This document shows, in pieces, positions 60,400 through 64,000 of a DNA stretch of 64,000 nt. The notes under the pieces are model-generated. The model did not search any database, was not told the DNA's origin, and was given only the letters and a program-made list of their open reading frames with translations. The DNA is taken from assembly GCA_964291655.2 (NCBI GenBank), contig OZ219802.1:128001-192000 (forward strand). Direction: 5' to 3'. The DNA is from Chloroflexota bacterium. Lineage in GTDB: Bacteria; Chloroflexota; UBA11872; VXOZ01. Each line of letters begins with the position of its first letter. Position 1 is the stretch's first letter. The position numbers and the translations under genes are program-made.

Positions 60400-61161
60400 C
60401 TACCCACCTAGACTGTGGAACGCCGTGCGATAGTACTGCAGAATCGTGATTGGATCGGAAGATTCCTGGATTTCCGCACAGAGCCAGCCCTGGTAACCGT
60501 CCTCCTTCAAGAGCCCAAAGAGCTCACCGTACGGATAGTCGCTGTAGAGTCGATTGATATGGACATGCCGCACTCTATCCCGGACGAGAGCATAGCTCTG
60601 CGCAATTGAGCCCGAATCCACGTCCTGCGGGTTTGAATTCCAACACAGGGATACGCTGGGGTGGCTTGCGGTATCCATTATGTGGCGGATGTTTTGCGGT
60701 TCAGCGGTGTCGCGGCCGTGCATTTCCAGCCAGACTTCAACATTCACGTCCTGGGCCGCAGCGCCGACCTCATTGAGCGCTTCGCCAATCTGCTCAAGCG
60801 TCTGCTCTCTCGGTACTCCGGCCTCCAACTGCAAGCCGTTTGGACGCACCTTTATCCCGGCTGCCCCTAGGTCATGGGCAAGTTGCGCGAATTCCTTGGC
60901 AGTCTCGATATTCTCGCGTACTGTCTCCTTATCGACGTCATGAAACTCACACGTGGTTCCCAGTCCGACAATGGTGACTGGTGAGTCTGCGAATTGTGAT
61001 CTAATTTCGCGGCGTTCTTGCACTGAGAGAGTGGGTTCAACGCCGTGGGCGTGGGTTGTGCGGAGTTCTACTCCATAGATTCCAACCTCTTCGCAATTTG
61101 CAAGCATCGAGGGAATGTCCCAGTCTGCTGCAATGTTGTAGGTCACAATTCCAAGCCGCAT
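60400..61161 (-). CDS. Sugar phosphate isomerase/epimerase family TIM-barrel protein
   Basis: GVELRTTHAHGVEP, GIKVRPN, LEMHG, CWNSN, HVHI, GYQGW..AE. Confidence 0.85.
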   Translation of the reverse strand: MRLGIVTYNIAADWDIPSMLANCEEVGIYGVELRTTHAHGVEPTLSVQERREIRSQFADSPVTIVGLGTTCEFHDVDKETVRENIETAKEFAQLAHDLGAAGIKVRPNGLQLEAGVPREQTLEQIGEALNEVGAAAQDVNVEVWLEMHGRDTAEPQNIRHIMDTASHPSVSLCWNSNPQDVDSGSIAQSYALVRDRVRHVHINRLYSDYPYGELFGLLKEDGYQGWLCAEIQESSDPITILQYYRTAFHSLGG

Positions 61162-61533
61162 AACGCTCTAGCTCCTCAAGACGTGGCGCGATTACCCTGT
61201 GCACTCATGCTAGCAGAATTCTTGGTGAAAGACAGTCACTGCCATAGTTCGCGAGGTATTCAAACAGACTATAGGAAGACACCTGGATTGCTCTTGCCAT
61301 CTCATTACCCTTGGTGCATGACAATCGGTATGACATACTTCATGTCTACCGCCAGTGCTCGTTCGACATGACTCCTTCACTTCAAGTTGGGCGCGAGCCA
61401 GATTTCAGAGCTTGCAATCACGTGATAACGCTGCAAACGCATTGCAACTTGGAGTGGGCGGGTCATACTTTCGCACGCTACAATAACACTTGGGCAGAGC
61501 GATTAGCCGAGAACCTGTGATGCAGTCCGAGGT

Positions 61534-62697
61534 GTGGCCGTGAAAATTGGGATAAATGCCCTGAAGCTCTACACCTCGCAGGATTATCGCAATGCCGGCA
61601 TTAGTCACTACATTCGCCAGTTGACCACGCACCTGCTTGATCACGACGGCAGGAATGACTACACCCTCTTTACGAACAATCTCATGCCACAATGGCAGGA
61701 GCAAACGCGATATGCCCCCAGAATTGTCACGAGTTGGCTTCCTACCGCTCGGCCGGTGCCGCGGATCCTATGGGAACAGACGCTATTGGCTTGGCATACA
61801 ACGCGTGGTAAACTAGATCTACTACACTGTCCGCTGAACGTAATCCCAATGGCGGCAGCCTGTCCCACCGTATTGACTATCCACGATCTTGCTTTCTTAC
61901 GCTATCCCCAGCTCTTTCCGCGGTTCAAACAACGCTATCTGCAGCTGTTCACTCGTATGTCTGCGCGCAATGCGAATGCCGTTATGACGGTCTCTGCAAG
62001 CACCCGGGACGATGTTGTGGAGATGCTTGGAGTGCCGAAGGACCGGGTGCATGTGATCTATCATGCCGCGGACGCCGACTTCTGTTTGCGCTCTCAGGAT
62101 GAGTGCAACACTTTCCGTGCATCAAAAGGACTAACGACCCGGTATATCCTCTATGTAGGGACATTGGAGCCACGCAAGAACGTTGACGTGTTGATCCGAG
62201 CGTTCGGGAAAGTTCTACGCGAAGAAGGGCTACAACATAAGCTGGTGTTGATAGGTGGAAAAGGCTGGATGACGCAGGCGATTCAGCAAGCGATAGAGGA
62301 CGCCGGTGTCGGTGATCGTGTGCTCATGCCGGGGTACGTGGCACGGGAGGAACTGCCCCACTGGTATAGTAGTGCTGATCTCTTTGTCTATCCTTCAACA
62401 TATGAAGGATTTGGCTATCCCGCGTTGGAAGCGATGGCTTCAGGTACGCCAGTGATAGTTTCAAACACTTCGTCACTGCCTGAGGTCGTAGGTGATGCCG
62501 GCGTACTAGTGCCGCCCCGGGACGTAAGCCAACTCGCCGCTGCCATGGCTGGCATTCTCACTGATAGCGAATTAGCAGGCAAATTGCGATCGCGCGGCCT
62601 CGAGCAAGCTACCAAATTCAACTGGGTAGACTCGGTGCATACGTGCTTGGACATTTACCAGTCTCTCGGCTCTCTCGCGCCGCCTGGGAGGTCATGA
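61534..62697 (+). CDS. GT4-family glycosyltransferase
   Basis: LTIHDL, TVS.ST, YVGTLEPRKN, PS.YEGFG.P.LEAMA.GTPVI.SN.SSLPEV.GDAG. Confidence 0.93.
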   Translation: MAVKIGINALKLYTSQDYRNAGISHYIRQLTTHLLDHDGRNDYTLFTNNLMPQWQEQTRYAPRIVTSWLPTARPVPRILWEQTLLAWHTTRGKLDLLHCPLNVIPMAAACPTVLTIHDLAFLRYPQLFPRFKQRYLQLFTRMSARNANAVMTVSASTRDDVVEMLGVPKDRVHVIYHAADADFCLRSQDECNTFRASKGLTTRYILYVGTLEPRKNVDVLIRAFGKVLREEGLQHKLVLIGGKGWMTQAIQQAIEDAGVGDRVLMPGYVAREELPHWYSSADLFVYPSTYEGFGYPALEAMASGTPVIVSNTSSLPEVVGDAGVLVPPRDVSQLAAAMAGILTDSELAGKLRSRGLEQATKFNWVDSVHTCLDIYQSLGSLAPPGRS

Positions 62698-64000
62698 TGA
62701 TTGCCTCAATGGTTTCGCCGCCAAAAGTCAAGCGCAGAAAGCACGTAACCGGAAAGGTGCTCCTTGGATTGCTTGACTTGGCTCTTGCCGCTCTCGCCTT
62801 CTACGCCTCCTGGTGGCTGCGCTACGAGTTGGAGGTAGGACCGGATCTGAACGAATTTCAATACTTGCCGATTGAATTCTATCTGCCTGTCTTTGGTAGC
62901 TACCTAGCCCTCATATTTGTCGCCTTTCAGGTTACGCGTGTCTACCGGCTGCGGCGTTCAACCGGCCTGCTGGGTGAATTAGGGCGGATCATCCTGGGCT
63001 CTGCACTGGCCGTCTTTTTCCTCATAGTTATATTTTCCATGTATCAACCCACGGTTTACTCGCGGCTTGTCTTTACGTACGTCGGGTTGAGCACCCCGTT
63101 GATTGTAGGCGTCAGCCGCCTGCTGCTGCGCATAGGGGTCGATATGCTGAGACGTCGTGGCCGCCTGCTCGAGCAGTTAGTCGTCGTTGGCGGAGGCATG
63201 CATGGCAAGATGATCATGCAACAAGTGGTTACGCAGCCCAATTTGGGCTACCGGCTCGTTGGTTTCTTGGACGACGGCCACCACTCTCGGGGAGCGCACT
63301 TTGGCCGCATCAAGGTATTGGGGCCGGTTGATCGTCTGGCAGACGCGGTGCAGGCCCATGGCGTGGAACGTGTGATTATTGCGTTGCCGGCCACCGAGCA
63401 TCGACGTATCGCAGACTTAATCGATCAGTGCAAGGTTCAAGGTGTTGGCTTTCACCTCATACCGGACCTCTTTGAGATCCAACTCAACACGGTAGACATC
63501 GACTCAATAGGAGGCATCCCCATCATCGGCCTGAAAGATGGTGGGATCGCTGGCTGGGACCTCTTCCTGAAGCGCCTGCTTGATATCGTCGTATCCACTG
63601 CCGTGCTCGTCCTGGGTAGCCCCGTTTTCCTCATCATTGCGCTCGCCATCAAACTGGAGTCGTCAGGCCCGGTGATCTACGCGGCAGACCGCGTTGGTCA
63701 AGAAGGCAAGCCCTTTAGAATGTACAAGTTTCGCTCGATGCGCGAGGACGCGGACAAGCTGCTCGCTTCACTCGCCGGCCACAATCAGGCCGACGGTCCG
63801 CTCTTCAAGATGGCAAATGATCCCCGGCGCACGCGAATAGGCGCTTGGCTGCGCAAACTCTCGCTGGATGAGCTGCCGCAATTCTGGAACATATTGCGAG
63901 GCAACATGAGCCTGGTGGGCCCACGTGCTCCGCTAGCCGATGAGGTGGACCAATACGAGGAATGGCAAAAGAAGCGGCTCAGTGTCAGACCCGGTCTTAC
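62694..64000 (+). CDS. Polyprenyl-phosphate sugar phosphotransferase (WcaJ/CpsE-type priming glycosyltransferase), 3' end runs off the window
   Basis: Not in the ORF track. ATGA overlap with the GT4 stop. Manual translation shows N-terminal TM helices, VVVGGG, KRLLDI, FRMYKFRSM, DPRRTRIG, SLDELPQFWNIL.G.MSLVGPR. Confidence 0.93.
   Translation, partial: MMIASMVSPPKVKRRKHVTGKVLLGLLDLALAALAFYASWWLRYELEVGPDLNEFQYLPIEFYLPVFGSYLALIFVAFQVTRVYRLRRSTGLLGELGRIILGSALAVFFLIVIFSMYQPTVYSRLVFTYVGLSTPLIVGVSRLLLRIGVDMLRRRGRLLEQLVVVGGGMHGKMIMQQVVTQPNLGYRLVGFLDDGHHSRGAHFGRIKVLGPVDRLADAVQAHGVERVIIALPATEHRRIADLIDQCKVQGVGFHLIPDLFEIQLNTVDIDSIGGIPIIGLKDGGIAGWDLFLKRLLDIVVSTAVLVLGSPVFLIIALAIKLESSGPVIYAADRVGQEGKPFRMYKFRSMREDADKLLASLAGHNQADGPLFKMANDPRRTRIGAWLRKLSLDELPQFWNILRGNMSLVGPRAPLADEVDQYEEWQKKRLSVRPGL

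Overview
Bacterial chromosome segment, most likely Chloroflexota. This is an inference from the 'YFPETGH...GG...FGYP...VQYFQRARFE' repeat in the amidase, the Tat-lipoprotein solute-binding proteins, and HspR plus Rex regulation. From left to right: (1) 1-5.9 kb, minus strand: a putative envelope-stress module (OmpR-family regulator, sensor kinase, HtrA, two paralogous membrane proteins with a BON-like C-terminus, and a Tat lipoprotein). (2) An M55 peptidase and a non-discriminating-type aspS with a highly structured upstream region. (3) A single heat-shock operon lon-dnaK-grpE-dnaJ-hspR-clpC whose promoter overlaps a HAIR operator. (4) Cell-envelope genes (amidase, beta-propeller protein). (5) 22.8-35.4 kb: an accessory catabolic block with several paralog pairs and REP-like palindromes between genes. 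(6) A VanW protein, then rex and a complex I operon nuoABCD-G-HIJKLMN that lacks nuoE/nuoF and whose NuoG carries an extra Fe-S motif. (7) tRNA-Arg(CCG), a CPT-family kinase, an AttE/F/H-like ABC module, rarA, small membrane proteins and the start of a glycosylation locus. I saw no CRISPR array, prophage, integrase or transposase. All calls come from reading motifs by eye; no database searches or folding programs were run.
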